From positions 744,001-808,000 of the forward strand of contig CM030332.1 in assembly GCA_017654855.1 (NCBI GenBank): a stretch of DNA of 64,000 bases. The letters are read 5' to 3'. Source of the stretch: Podospora anserina (taxonomy: Eukaryota). Under the pieces are notes generated by a model that saw nothing but the letters and a program-made list of their open reading frames with translations, was not told the DNA's origin and did not search any database. Position numbers and translations under genes: made by a program. Below are positions 12,730-26,199 of the stretch, in pieces (the first letter of the stretch is position 1; every line of letters starts with the position of its first letter).

Positions 12730-13985
12730 TCACCTCCCTCTCCTCAACCTCTCCACTACCGTCCCATTTCCCCGTAACCCATCCAACTCAAAATTCTTAT
12801 ACCAACACCCACACTCCCCCTCCGCCCCATCAATCCCCCCAGCAGTCCCATTATCTTTCCCCCCAAACAACCCCCCCAAGTCAACCCCCCTCCCATCCCT
12901 ATAACAATCCGGCACCACACCCCCTTCCCCATCCTCACCACCTTGTTGCACCTCCCCAACCTCCACCAAAAAAGGCCAAACCCTCTCCTCCTCTTCCTTC
13001 CCCGCCCTCCCCGTAATCTCCGTCAGAATAACCCCCCCCAAATCCTCCGGCCAAGAGGCCCTCTGCCGGGTGTATATCGCCGCTGACAAAACAGTAGTGT
13101 TAAACCAGCATTGTATCCTCTCCTCTCCTCCCCCTTCTGTTCCATTGGTAGGAATCGACAAAGTGACTGGCTTGGGGTAGATAAGCGAAAAGACAAAACG
13201 TTCGTTGTATTGGTTAATATCGAGGTGTGTCAGTGTCAGGTTTTGGAATTGCGGACCGGTGGTGTGGGATGGGGTGGAGGAGATGGTATAGCCTGATCTC
13301 GGGGAGGGGGTTATCGTCCAGTGGAATATCGCTGCTGATAGTAACCGTGGTTGCGGTTGTTGTTCTGGGGAGGTGTAGCACTGCCAGGCGGTGGCCAGAG
13401 ACGGAAAGGTGAGGCAAGCGGTGGAGGTATTAGTTAGAAGAGCAGTAGTGAAGGTGTAAGACCCCGAGGGGAAGAGGTTCGTTGGGGAGGGGGAGTCGGA
13501 TTGGGAGGATTGGTTTCTATATAGAACAAGATATATTAGTTATAAAATGGCAAGCAGAAGAAGACCGAGAAGAAGAAAAAAAAGACGAACCGTTTTCGCA
13601 ACCCGATGGTCAAACCAACCGATAACCCAACTATCACCCCTACGACCAGCAAAACCCCAAACATCTTCCTATACCACCCCTTCCTCGCCACCGGTCCCTG
13701 ATCCCTCCCCCCCCCTCCCACCACCTCCCGCTGCGCAACCTCCATCTTTGCCGTCCCCGACGCCGGCCTATCCACCCCTCCCGAAACTGCCCCAAAAGGC
13801 GGCGGCGTTCTCGACCGATGACTACCGTGCACACTACTCCCCTGCGAATTCGACCTCGAAACCGGTGGTCGTCGCGGCGACTTGGGCGGCACCCCCGGCG
13901 GCGGCGTGGTAGAGTGCACCACATCCTCGATAATCATCGGCAACGGCTGCGATAGCCGCGACGAGGACCGACTCCCGGGCGCCAT
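12730..13985 (-). CDS. Type II single-pass membrane protein with Pro-rich cytosolic N-terminus and Cys-containing extracellular domain (2 exons)
   Basis: Exon 1 (ORF 13985) ends in TM helix FGVLLVVGVIVGLSVGLTIGL-RKR, then intron GTTCGT..CTAAT..TAG. Exon 2 from ~13517 is open to the stop at 12730 (FPSGSYTFTT..C..WQCY..CWFNTT..WPF..PDC..CGCWYKN). Confidence 0.8.
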
Positions 13986-15032
13986 AATAAATGGTGAACA
14001 CTCCTCGACAGACGCGCCCGGGAGAGAGTCAAGCTGTGAGGGTGGGGGGAGGAAATGACGTTGTTGCGTGATGGAAGCAAAATAATGGTACTATTCCAGC
14101 ACGATCAAATCCACCATCATCTAACCTCATCAGAAAAACAAAACCTCAATTCCAGCGAAAATAACACAAATGAATGAGGAAGGAGAAAAGAGTTGAAAAA
14201 AACCTCGGCATCAAACAACATCAATAATACCACCACAAGCACCACCACCACTTACCTCTCTCACCACTGCGACCGTGATATCCCGCCGCTGCTCTCCCGC
14301 GCCTAGACGAGCAGAGGCAGATCATCCTTGTCCACAATTTCTCTTTGGTTTAGATAGTATCCTCATCCTTGTTCGCGCCGTAGCATTTCTCCTCCTCTTC
14401 CTCCTCCTAGGGTGATCATTCTGGGCATGGGGCATGGGGGGGTTTTGTACATACATACGAAAGCGAAAATGCATGCAACCACCCATACCCCCTCTCTGCA
14501 GAGCTGAAGAATCCAAACTGTCTAGACCCTTTGCCTCCCTCACCGAGAGATAAGGTCCCAGACCCGAGACATCAACCAGAGAGCATAATGATCCACGGGA
14601 GTCTGGATCACGTTTCGGTTTCGGCGGATAATCCTCTGACCGACAAGACACACCATTGGGACGTTATCGCGGCGCCACGCAGGCATAGCGCCAAACCACC
14701 TTCACCGTTAGCCCAAGAGAGGAAAGGCGTTCTCTCGACACAACTGCAAAAAAACGAAATTGCGATCTTCCCCGCAAATGCACAGTGCCGACAAGAAGCT
14801 TGGTCACTGCTGTAGCCATGAGGCGTAGAATTTCAACTCCCAAGATAAGCATCTTAACATCTTGATAAGTACACATCCTCAACGCCCTAAGCTGAAGGTA
14901 CTCCGTATCTCTGCATATACAGCTAAAGTCAAGTGGTATCCGCAAACAACAGGCTGAACAGGAAAAAAGTACACATGAAAAGAACCATTATTTATCTTCA
15001 TCGATGAACCCCATTCGTTCCTTGTTGGTCCC

Positions 15033-17281
15033 CTACTTTCTCTGGCCCTTGTTGCCTCCAAACTTCTTCACCCACTGGGCATCCCACGAGTCAAGTTCGA
15101 CGGCGAACCTGCCTCTCTTCTCGAGCTGATCCTCCTTCTTGTCGGCTCTCTTGTCAGGCTTGGTGAATCCTGGAGGCAGAAGACCGCCGCCTCTCCTAGC
15201 ATGGATGTTAGCTGCCTCAATATCACCGCAGTCTGGCCTCTTGAGCTTGTCGCCAAAAGTATCAGCTGCCCAGATAGCTACGCCGTTGGTCCAGCCGAAC
15301 CCTTCGACAACCTCATATTCGCCACCCCCACCAGCCACATTCGTGGCGTTGTCGCTGTACTTCTCAAACATGGTTCCCTTCGCTTCTGGGGCTAGGCCTT
15401 GAAGCTTGGGCGTCTCGAAGGTTGAGCCACCGGTGGCATACCAGGTGCAAAAAGTGGAGTCGATGTAGCGTTGCGCGAGCTTCAAGCTCAGGTCCTGAAC
15501 GGCCTGGTACGAGGAGTCATCCTCGCCAAAGGTAGGTGGTGTCTTGAGAAGGCCCTCCATCAAGACGTGCATCAAGGGAGGCCAGACATTAGGTTCGTCC
15601 CACTGCTGTCCAGTAAAATAGTTTGTGGAAGGGATCCCGCCGGCCTTCTCCTCGAGCATCGCCGCAACTCTCGCATAGGCCCTTTGAACCGCCAAGGGGT
15701 TGTTCTTGAGGTGGTTGGGGGCCGCGCCTGTCCAGAACGGGAACAGTTGGCCAATCTGGAACGAAACCTGCTGTCCAGGAGGTGCCGGGCCAGTCTCCCT
15801 AGTTCTGACATCCTCATCGACAGGAATGAAGGTGTTTTGCGAGGCAGATGTGAGATTGTAGTCAAAGTACGACCAAAGGGTTGAGTTCCACATGACGTCG
15901 TACATGGCCTGGCTTCTAGTCTTCGCCTTGGCAGCCCACTTCTCGGCTTCGGTCTCGTTGCCCTGCTGCTTGAGGAAGCAAGAGATGATCTCCTCGTTCT
16001 GGTAGAGAATCGAGTTCAACTCGACGGGAATAGTCTCAAGCACGTTGAGAGAACGGAGAGGGAAGTACTTGTCCTCGGCTGCGTCGAGAGGCGTGCGAAG
16101 CCAACGAGAGCTGTAGTCCCAGCCAGATTCCGCACCGCTTGCGAGGTTGGCGTAGACCTTTTCTTTCTCGGTCTCGTTGAGGGGCGTTTTAACAGGATAT
16201 ATTATACCTGTCTCGGCATAGTAGCTCTCGTTGTTGGCTGTAATGTAGTCCTCACGGTAGGACTCGGGACGGGGCTGGTTGTTGTTGACGAAGTATCTAT
16301 TTTTGTTGTGAGCCTTTCTCTTCCTTCATTTGGCTTGATCGCAGAGACTTACCTGTTGAGAGTGTACTTCTTGCCATTCTTCTCAACCTCAACTGTCCGG
16401 TTAGTGGCCCAGAACTCGTGCTCCTTGATCAAAAGTGGCACTGCGCGCTCCAGAATGCTTGTATCATTGGTGTGCTCGATGTACACCTTGACCATCAATG
16501 AGAGCACAGGTGGCTGACTGCGGTTCAGATAATAAGCCCTGGCACCGTTGGGAACGAAACCGACAGTGTCCACCAGGTCGAGGAAATTGAGGATGATGTT
16601 CTTGGAGATGTCCACAAAGGAACCACCGGTGCGCAGGAGACCTTCCAGAATCCAGTAGGAATCCCAGTAGTACGGCTCACGGAACCGGCCACCGGCAACC
16701 ACAAAGGTGCGGTTGATGGGGATGAAAGAATTGGCGCATCCTGTGCAGTTGTTGGAACCACCTGCATATCGTCTTGTGAGGTCGGGCCAAATGTCAATAA
16801 CCTTGCTCACGAACTCCCTGACGACCGGGTCCGCGACTCTCTCCAAGAAGACAGGGTCGGTCTCGAATTCTTCCTTAGGAACCTCTTCCAACTCACCACC
16901 CGCGGGGGCAAAGTTCTCGCGGAAGAAGTTCTGCAGCTCAGTATTGTTGCTGAGGGGCAGAGAGAGTTGCTTGAAGGCCTCCAGAACTTCATCCAAAGGC
17001 TTGATAGTGGGCCTGGCGTTCCACAGTTAGAACATGTCTCAGACAGGCATGGACAAGATTGTTTTCGATGAAACCTACATGTCGACGAATGTCTTGGAGT
17101 CGGAAAAGGGATGGGCAAGCTGGATGGCCTTGAGAACATCACCCTGGCAGTACAAGGGCGAGTCGCAAGGCGCGACCACCGAGCCGTTTACCCAAAGAGC
17201 CTGAGGGGTGGCGACGACTGCGGTTGCCCAGATCGCGAGTGCAGCGCCTGCCACGAGGCCGCGATGCACCGGCGGTACCAT
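15033..17281 (-). CDS. Secreted alpha,alpha-trehalase, glycoside hydrolase family 37 (3 exons)
   Basis: Signal peptide; motifs DSKTFVD, GGRFREPYYWDSY, NRSQPP, PRPESYRED, SGAESGWDYSSRW, QWDEPNVWPP, GGGGEYEVVEGFGWTNG. Introns 17078-17013 and 16352-16297. Confidence 0.95.
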
Positions 17282-18868
17282 TGTGAAGGCTGTTCACACA
17301 CGGTTGGGTTCTTATGCGGCTAGAATTGTGAGATGAAGAGGCAGGGGTGGAGTGAGGGTGCTGTTGTTGTTCAGTCGGTCAGTGCTGAAGAAAGTCTGAC
17401 TCGGCGATCGGACAGTGTGATGGGAGAAGGAATAAGCAGGGCAGGGTGGGCAGGAAGGAACTCAGGAGTGGTCGATATGGGGGGCAGACAGGCACAAGAT
17501 ATAAAGTGGGCAGGAGCGGGCACGAGCGGGCAGGAGCAGGGTCGGCAGGGGCGCGAGGACGGGCCCGGGGATGGGAGTGACAAGATCGGACAGAAGGCAA
17601 GCCGTCTTGGGCTTCTGCTCTCTTCTATACTTTCCACCTTGCACTCACAAGAGAGGCAGGCGCGTCTGGGAATGGTGGTGTCGTCAAGCCCAGAAATCAG
17701 CACTTTAATAATTCTGCAGGGCAGCTGCCAGTTCTGCATGCAGTCAAGGTTGCAATAAGCTTGCCGTGCCTTCCACTTCATCATAGCAGGCCACGCCAGA
17801 CAAGCGAAGAGAAGAATTGGGACGAAATACCAGCAGAGTCACGCTGATCTCGATCCCAGATTCCAGGTTCCGTGTCTTGCCCATGTCTTTTCCAGGTTGT
17901 CGTCAAAGGTGGGCTTTCCTTGGCGTGCTCCTCATGATCGTCATCTCTCTCTCTTTCTTGCCCATTGTTTCTCCAACTTTTTTTTTCTGCCGCATTGAGA
18001 TCCATCATCCATTGATTCGATGTGTTCCGGATCAGGTACCTCTTAACCTCCATTGCGGCCAATTTGATGCTTGTGTGCCCCGGACGAGAACGGTTGTGCA
18101 TTCCTCCCACACGAGGCTCTTTCGAGGCATGTAGCACCTGCCACAACCGGGCAATTCCTGCTTGTCCACCGCTCCAGGCTGTATTCCGTCGGTCAATAGA
18201 GACGGCAAGACGTTGGATTTTCGGGAGCTTGTTTGGAGCTTTCCCCGCATTCTGCACTCTCAATGCTCCGGCATAGGCCCGGTCCGCAGCTATTCTAGCG
18301 CTTCCATTCGCTGGGACCGGCGGATCCACGGTGACGTCAGCCATTGGCAGGGTCTCTTGACCTTGGGGCTAAGGCGGGGTAAAGAGCTTGCAGAGACGCG
18401 GAAGCATGCTCCTCATCCAGAGGCGCATACCACGAGGCGGTAAGGAAAATGGCTGTTTCACACAAATGGTGCGCCCAGGAAGCCCTCACGGCCCTTATAG
18501 TCTTCAAAGAAAGCCACAGGTCATCGTCAGTGGCGGTATCTTTAGCCTCTTGGCTGAGGTCTGCCGTGCTTTGCCTTATTCCCTGTCGGTGATTTTAGTC
18601 ACCATTCAGCTGCGAGTCTTGTCCTCTTCGACCGAGTTCATTTTGTGTTCTCGTTACCAAATCATCGGGCAGTCCGGCGTCTCCGGACTCACTTTGTATG
18701 GACAGAAGCAAGAGTTCGGCCCGCATCTTCGGCCTTGCCCTACATGAAGGAAGACTTGGCAAGGGATCTCGGCTACCGACATCAACAATCCAAGTCGGCT
18801 TTTATAATCATCCATCGGTGAACATTGTTAGGGTGTCGGGATGTGTAAATTTCCTATTTGTCGGCACT

Positions 18869-20351
18869 TTACTGCGATGTCCGATACATGGACCTTTCTC
18901 CTTCTTGCCCCTTCAAGCCCTTGCTGTTTCCATTCTTCTCTCCCATAATTGTCTTGAAGAGGGATTCTAGACGAGGAACAACAAACTCGCGGTTCTGGTA
19001 GATTTGATAGTGTATCACCAGTCTCCCCCCCATGAGCTTCAAGCCAGCCTCCTTTCCAAGCTCATCAACCCGGGCGTCTGGACAGTTGGCATCTTCAAGA
19101 TCAAGCCAGACCATGTTGGTATGTACCGGATGGATAAGCTGACCGCCGAGATCAGTCCAGATTTTGGCAACCTGCTGTGCCAAAATATGCGTATCCCGCA
19201 GCAAGCCCCCTTCACCATTTGGTCCTTTGCCAAACGTCTCGTCAACGGCAACCCGGGCCGCTGCCGTGACGACTCCAGACTGTCGAAGCCCGCCGCCAAT
19301 TGATTTCCTTACCCAGCGGGAATGCTTGATAACCTTCTTGTCTCCAACGAGGACGCTGCCGATAGGGGCGCCGAGGCCTTTGGAGAAACACAGTGTAACA
19401 GTGTCGAAACATGAAGCAAATTCCTTCAGGCTTCCTGCGCCGGAAGCCGCAGCCTCCCATAGTCGTGCTCCATCACAATGCATTTTGAGCCCATTTTCTT
19501 TTGCGAAAGCCGAGATGCGTTGGACTTCCTGGAGTGGCATGATCATGCCGTTGAGAGTATTCTCTAGGCTGATGAGACGAGTTGGGCAGGTGTGTACGTC
19601 GTCATCTAGGTAGACATTGGCCTTGATGTCTTCCAGTGACAGATAGATGCCATTTTTTGGTACGATTGTCTTGACTGTGGCACCTGTCAGGGCGGAGACG
19701 CTGTTTATAAAGTTAGCAAACTGGATATCAGGGTATAATGTGTGCAAGTTGCCTTACCCTCCAGCCTCATACTTGACAATATGGGAACGGTAGTCACACA
19801 CCAAGCCATGGGGCGGCTGAGTCAAAAGAGATCTCAAAGCTAGCTGGTTACCCATGGTCCCGGACAGGACAAAAAGACCAGCCTCTTTGCCAGTCAAGGC
19901 AGCACAGTGAGCTTCCAGATCGATAGTAGTTGGGTCCTCCTGGAAGACATCATCAAACAGTGTGCAGTTCTGAATAGCAGTAAGCATGGAGGCTGTGGGT
20001 GTTGTCATCGTATCGCCTACGTTCACGTTTGCCTTCAGCTTCACGCATCTGATTCAGAACCTCATATGTCAACTCACTTCTCAGATCATAGCCAGCTGCC
20101 CCGGCACTTCCAACCCAGGCATTTTGTTTAGGACCATTTCCCTGCTCGGCATTTGCATTTGCCAATGACATCTTCAACTTTGAGGATGGTGTTGATGTGA
20201 GACACCGACGGCTTGATTGAGTCAAAGATCGAGAGGTTGATCTTGTAAGAAGTGGAGAAGCTGCTTTTACCCCTCTGGTAAGGTATGCCCGGAGCTCACC
20301 CGTTAAGGAGGAGGATGCCGGTGGCCAAAGTCGCATTATTTTTCCGTGCAT
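18869..20351 (-). CDS. GLY1: Low-specificity L-threonine aldolase (PLP), with a possible N-terminal mitochondrial presequence
   Basis: Spliced DLRSDTMTTPT, SGTMGNQLA, HIVKYEAGG, LENT, HCDGARLW, CFSKGLGAPIGS, RKSIGGGLRQSG. Two introns. The core starts at ATG 20171; in-frame upstream ATGs at 20336 and 20351. Confidence 0.93.
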
Positions 20352-21744
20352 TGGGGTTGTTTGGGTGAGAAGTTATGCCGCCTTCGTTGTATTCAGCGGC
20401 TCATGGCTTGTGTATTCCCGGGGGCAACTCCACCGATCTCACACGTTACGTACAAAAAAGTAGATGATATGTTGTATGATAAAGCAATAAAATGCCATAT
20501 ACATGTCTTTCAACGTTATTGAATGATTTCTGACCGTCGTTCAAAGATCTTCTGACCATTATTCAAGGCCTATTGGCTCTTTTTCCAAGGCATTGGTCTC
20601 TGCCGCGGCCTTGATTTCAAGTCTCAGTCTCCATTTTTTGTTCGCAATGTGGCACTGAAGGAGCAGTGATGTCGGCCAGTCCCCCCCACCGATAACTGAT
20701 GGTGATAACGTGCATAGTGGGAAGGACCCACTGAACTGCCCGCCGGTGTTGGGCCTTCGCAATGTGCTGAACTTCTGAACTTGCAGCCTCCATCAGCTCA
20801 CTTTTGGGCCTTGGCCAGTCCTCAGCTTCCAATATTCCCTCGTCCGATTTCAAAAGGGGCAAGATGTCGTCCACAGTGGCCCCATTTGAACCACACCCAC
20901 ACTTAGTTCCCAGGACGCCATTCGCTTCCATTCACACGTGGCTAGAACAACGGTCGTATGAGGTTTCAAGCCACATGGCACAACCAGACTACCTATCGAA
21001 GATCTAGAATCTTTTTGCCGGCTTCGACAGACCAAAGTCACGATCTCGATTCGATGCAGTCATCACTCAGGTCGGCAGGCAGGTCCCCATCTCTCCGTTA
21101 TTGCTTGTGAAACCCGAAATCTAACCAATTCGAATCCCGATCCAGGGTCCACTGGGTCCGAAAGTCTTCGGAGCGCTGGTGGACTACGGACCCTGACCAT
21201 ATCACATCTCGGAGGGGCACCTGTCTCTCAGCTCTGGCTTTTATTCATGCGAGAAACCTATGTGTCCATCGTCGGGCCCCGAATTATGATGTGTCCCTTC
21301 CCTCGCCTGGTTTCTGACCGACGATCCCCCAAAGGAGACAAACTGTCAATCATTTACCACTTCAAGGAAACTCGACAGAAAGACAACAAATCCAGAACGA
21401 CACTATCGATAAAATAATTATTTTCAAAGAAGACATGCGAAAACCGGCCACTTTCCCATCCATGTCTAGGAACCCGAGCTTGGGCGCCAATATCTCCCCC
21501 AATGATTCTCTCCAACAAATTCCAGGTCCCTTCTTACCATATCGCCCGTCATTCTATCCAAGAAACACCTTCTTTTTCAACGATTAACGACGAATTCCTA
21601 AAAGAACTGTCATGACAAGCCAACGCCTACGCCATCGCTTAAAAAACACCACACCCGAAAAAAGCCTAGTCCACCAGCTGCAAAGTTGCGTCTCCGGTTC
21701 AGCGCCAGACCCCCTCGATTAAAGGGAGACACCGGATCCCATGT

Positions 21745-24581
21745 TCACATCCGTGGCGGCTGTTGGTTCCCCCAATACCCAGGGTTTCCAAGATCAAGTT
21801 GCTGCCAGTCCCAATACTCCAACACACTGGGCACAGCAGGCACCGCATCCTCCGATACCTCCTGGATCGCTCCTTGGAGCAGACCGAAGTTTGGATTGGC
21901 ATCAGGGGCCGGTTCCCACGCGGGCTGGGTGTAGCCAAGGGGGTCAAGCGGCCCGGAGTGGAAGATATGATGGTCATTGCTGAACTGGAGGTCATTCGAT
22001 GACACAAAGCCGCTGTTGGGTACGAAGCTGTCGGTCACCAAATATCCATTCGAAGGGACCATGCCTGCGCTTGAGGGCATGAATTGGTCGACTGTGCCAT
22101 AGTATGGCGAGGGCTGCATGTTTGGTGCATGCATATGGCTCAAGTGATCATGGCCGTTGGAAGGTGGTGGGTTATCCATTGGCCGATAGCCATGGAAAAC
22201 CTGTCCATTCGCAGACGGGATGGGGGCGTTTGAGCGCAACGGAACCTCGGGTGAAGGAATGTTGTTTGATGACGACGACACCACCGATACCGAGCCATTC
22301 GAACCGAGTTGAGAGCTATTTGAGCCGAGCTGAGATTCGACCAGTGTCCCATCGGTATTCGATCCTTGAGCTACGCCCTCGGAGATACGATCAGAAAGAA
22401 TTCTTCTAGCCAACGCATTGTTCGATGAGCCGGCAGCTGTACTGTCGCCTGTCTGGTTGGCATTTGTGCGCTTGCTGCGTTTCGGAGCTCCGATTACTCC
22501 CTTTTCTTGAGGGCTGAGCGGCAGGTTGATGATGAGGCCCTTGAGAATACGATACAGGGCTGCCGTTGTCTTGGACTCGGCGTATGACTCCTCGAGCATG
22601 TGGAGACCCTTGTTGATAGCCTCGAGCACCGTCTCGCGCTGTGGCAGAGTGCGGGCCTCATCGTGGACAAAAGCAGAGCACATGACCGTCGTGGCATCAA
22701 AGATGCAAAAGATGGCATAGTGGAACTTTGCACCGGCTGAAACCATGTTCTCAAAGAAGCTCCACGACACATCCATCAGATCGAGGCCGGCTTGGACACC
22801 AGCCGCGCGCAGCTCGGATTCAAGCTTCGTCAGAGGCTTGCCAGAATTTCGGGTGACGAATGCCTTCAATGGGCTGAAGAGAGACATGTATCCTATCAGA
22901 TGGAGATATCGGCGCTGGAAGACAACCCAATCAAACTCCTCATCCCACTGGGTGTCGGGATTCGTGCGGGAGTACTCTTTGGGAAGATCCTCATACCACT
23001 TATAGACGACATCGCGCAGTCTTCTGGCCTGGTCGGCCTCATCCACTTTTCCATCGGCGCGAGGAGCAAACTCGGCTGCCATGGCAAGACACAGCTGGCA
23101 ATGCAAATTCATATGACGGAAGGGCGACGGCTGGTTGAGCCGCTCGGGATCAATTTCGAGGGCCAGAGTTGGCATTACGAAAGTGCAATCGGCATGGTTG
23201 ACAAGTAGGGGGCGTGAGAGCATGGAGCCAAGGGCACTGTCACCAGCTGTGAGTAGAGGTACTCCGAATTGGATATAGACGCATACTCACAAATCCCACA
23301 TGTAGAGGACGCCCCAAAGACGCCTTCTCATCTCACGGTCAAACTCGGACATACCTTCAGACAAAGAGTCCTTGTGCAAGCCTATTTCACTGTCAGTTCA
23401 TCCGCCAGAAAACAACGACTCAGCCGAGGGGAAGATTACCAATCTCGTTGGCAGCACGAATCGCTCTGCTCAGGGCGTGCCATGCTTCAGTCCACTTCTC
23501 TGCCGACTTGTACCAGAACGCTGTCAAAAAGAGCTGCTGGACGTGAATCAGACCACCCTTTCCTGGCGCTATGCTTGTGCTGAGCTTGTCGGCCGCGTTG
23601 TGCATGCGTTGGGCGAATGTCACGGCGTCGGCCTTCAGTTCGGTTTCGAGCCTTTCTTTGACACTATCATCGATGATGAAATGCAGCGAGCATGCACAAA
23701 CACGCAGAATCAAGCTGGTAAGCTCTGGCGAGACCTTGTTCGGCGGAGTTGCCCACCAGCCATCATATTGGGTTCGGAACTCGGACGGGTAGAGGGCACT
23801 TGGGAAACTGGTCAACAAGTGCGATACATCGGCGATGTTAACAGGGACAGGGACGTACTAGTAATGGTGGTTGGCACCGTTGAGCCAATTGTCGACAAGG
23901 CAATCGGTGTAGGGCTTTGCAGGCATGGACTCAAGGGCAGCCTTGAGTTCTTCGGACGGCTCAGCTTCATCCTCGACAACATCTTTACCTGGCTATTGAA
24001 TGGTCAGTCGGTCTCGCAGTCTCCAGCGCGCACGGAACGTGGTAAAAAGCTGCTCACTTTGGGGCCGCTTCCATTGCCAAGGACCAGATGATGGTCATGA
24101 GGCATGTAGCCGAGGGCATTCAGAGCATCGCTGACTTCAGCCGCAGAGTGTTGATTGTCAAAGTCTGCGTCTCCGTCAAAAGCGTCACCGTAGTCTGGGC
24201 TGTCTAAACTCCGCTTCTTCGATGTCCTGACGGCGCGTGGAAGATAGGGGTTAGCAACGAGAGACACAACGGGCTTCCCCGTCCTTTACTCACCTTAGCT
24301 GGTTGTCGTTGATAACAGTATCCTCTTTGCTTGACTTGGAACCGACCCCTTTGGATACAAAGCGGCAGAGGTGCGAGACTCCTCGCTTCAGGCAATGATT
24401 GCAGGGGAACTGTTTGTTGCACTGGATCGAGCTGTCAGTCAATCTCTACCTAACCAACGATCCAACGATCCGACTCTAATGCAGCGCGGGCCGTTGCGAG
24501 GGTGCTTTCACCAGACTTTACCTTTTGCTTTCGTCTTTGGCACTCAACGCACGACACCGCCGCAGCTGTGCTTGCGCTCAT
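21745..24581 (-). CDS. Zn(II)2Cys6 transcription factor with fungal-specific middle homology domain (multi-exon)
   Basis: Spliced CVECQRRKQKCNKQFPCNHCLKRGVSHLC binuclear cluster. Downstream AWHALSRAIRAANEIGLHKD..EMRRRLWGVLYMWD..LSRPL motif; acidic C-terminus. About six canonical introns. Confidence 0.92.
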
Positions 24582-26199
24582 TTTGCTGCCTGGTGTTGAC
24601 CTGACTGGCGACGAGGAGGAAAACCTGGAGAGGGATGGTTCTGATGAAAATTTCTTTCTGGGTGGTTTCCAGATCTGTTTTGTCTTGAGATGATGGGAAG
24701 GCTCCCAACAATAAGCAATATCGCCGACCACCGCACGGGGAAGGGTCGTGTCGAGGATTGGGAGAGCACGGGGGGCGGAGAGGCACGGCTTGTACCCCTG
24801 CTGTGGCCGGAGCTGCTGGACACACACGCCATCTCACCCCCCTAGCCCTCCCCAGACTACTATTTTATAACCCCTGCTAGTCAGCTAACTGTTCTGTGTT
24901 ACAGGGCCCAGGGGCCTAACAATTCGGTGTTGTCGACGCACCGCTTTCAGCAGAAGCCCATTACTCCAATAACCCCCCGTTCTTAACTGTTGATCGCCAA
25001 GCCTGTAGGGGATTTGTTAGGGTGGAATCTCGAACTGTCTTCCCTGCAAGCGGGTACTCGTGGGCCATTCACCTTTCACCACCCACGAAGCTACACTTAT
25101 CAGAAAGAGTCGAGATCCTTGTTATCGGGAAGGCTGAATACCTAAGCAGTTTTCCAGCCCCCTCGGTGCCGGCATCCAACGCCCGAGTCGGCATGAGCAG
25201 AACTTGTGGCGGCAGCGATTCCAAATCCTTTCGTGATTGCTACAGAGTGTAGCTAACTGGCCGGGTTCCTTTACACGAAGAAAGATGCTGGTGCGCGCGA
25301 CAAGATTCCTGGGAGGGCCAGGTGTGGATTCCAACCGATCAAAACACGCCGATGGTCAGGGCTCATGCAGGGTCCTCGAGATCTGATCTTCCCATTCTTT
25401 TTCTGGGCAACCAACCCTCTCCGCCTCGCGAAACCCTCCCTTTCATTACATATATACGCAGACCAACGTCAACGATGTCGGTGCCGGGCATGCTAACTGG
25501 TGGCAATTCTGCCTTTGCGGGGATCGACAAGTCCTGGCTCATTTTAACAAAGTGTTTGCCGTACGATCTAGATCTGGGCAGCGTGGGTAGGGTTCCCATA
25601 TTTGCATGGTGAACCCGTCATCATGCTCGACAAATGTCTGCACTATTTGCGTCAGTGTTTCTTGGGGGTATTGGTATTGTGGATATCGAGGACTGCGGGA
25701 AATAGGGGAATCATGTGGGAAAAGCAAAACAAGACGGTTATGGGGTATGGGATGGTAGTATGGGGGTGGGAGGAGTCGACTACCGCCGGATAGCCTTTGC
25801 TCCGGGTGGAATCACTTTCGACTCGCTTTGCAGTCAGGGGACGTTGTGGCCAAACAGAGACCAGAATGAGTCTCCCATGACCCTTGGGCTCCTCTCCATG
25901 GTGGGAGGCTTGCGTCGGTGGTGGCATCGTCCCCGGGGTAGGCAGCCGTACTTCCCCAGCGGCAGTAGGGCTTGTCGACCGAGGCCACTGGATGGATGGA
26001 TGGATGGATGGAGTGTTGGTGAACCTGACAAGACACTCTTGGCGAATCACGCCTCCTCCCACTCGGCCTCCCTGTTCGATATAATCAAGCCCCCCCGTAG
26101 CCGTGGCCGGGACTCTCGGATGAATATGAAAGCCGTGTGTGTGAAGTTTTGCTGGCAAGCTGCTAGCAGCACCTCACCCGCATACACACACACCTCTCT

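Noticed and set aside
20617-20931. 104-aa ATG ORF upstream of GLY1
   Set aside because: No recognisable motif or splice structure; indistinguishable from chance without a homology search.
24578-24832. 84-codon upstream ORF whose TGA overlaps the Zn2Cys6 ATG
   Set aside because: Its ATG is only ~30 nt downstream of a TATA-like TATAAAATA (24861-24870), so it is probably not in the transcript.
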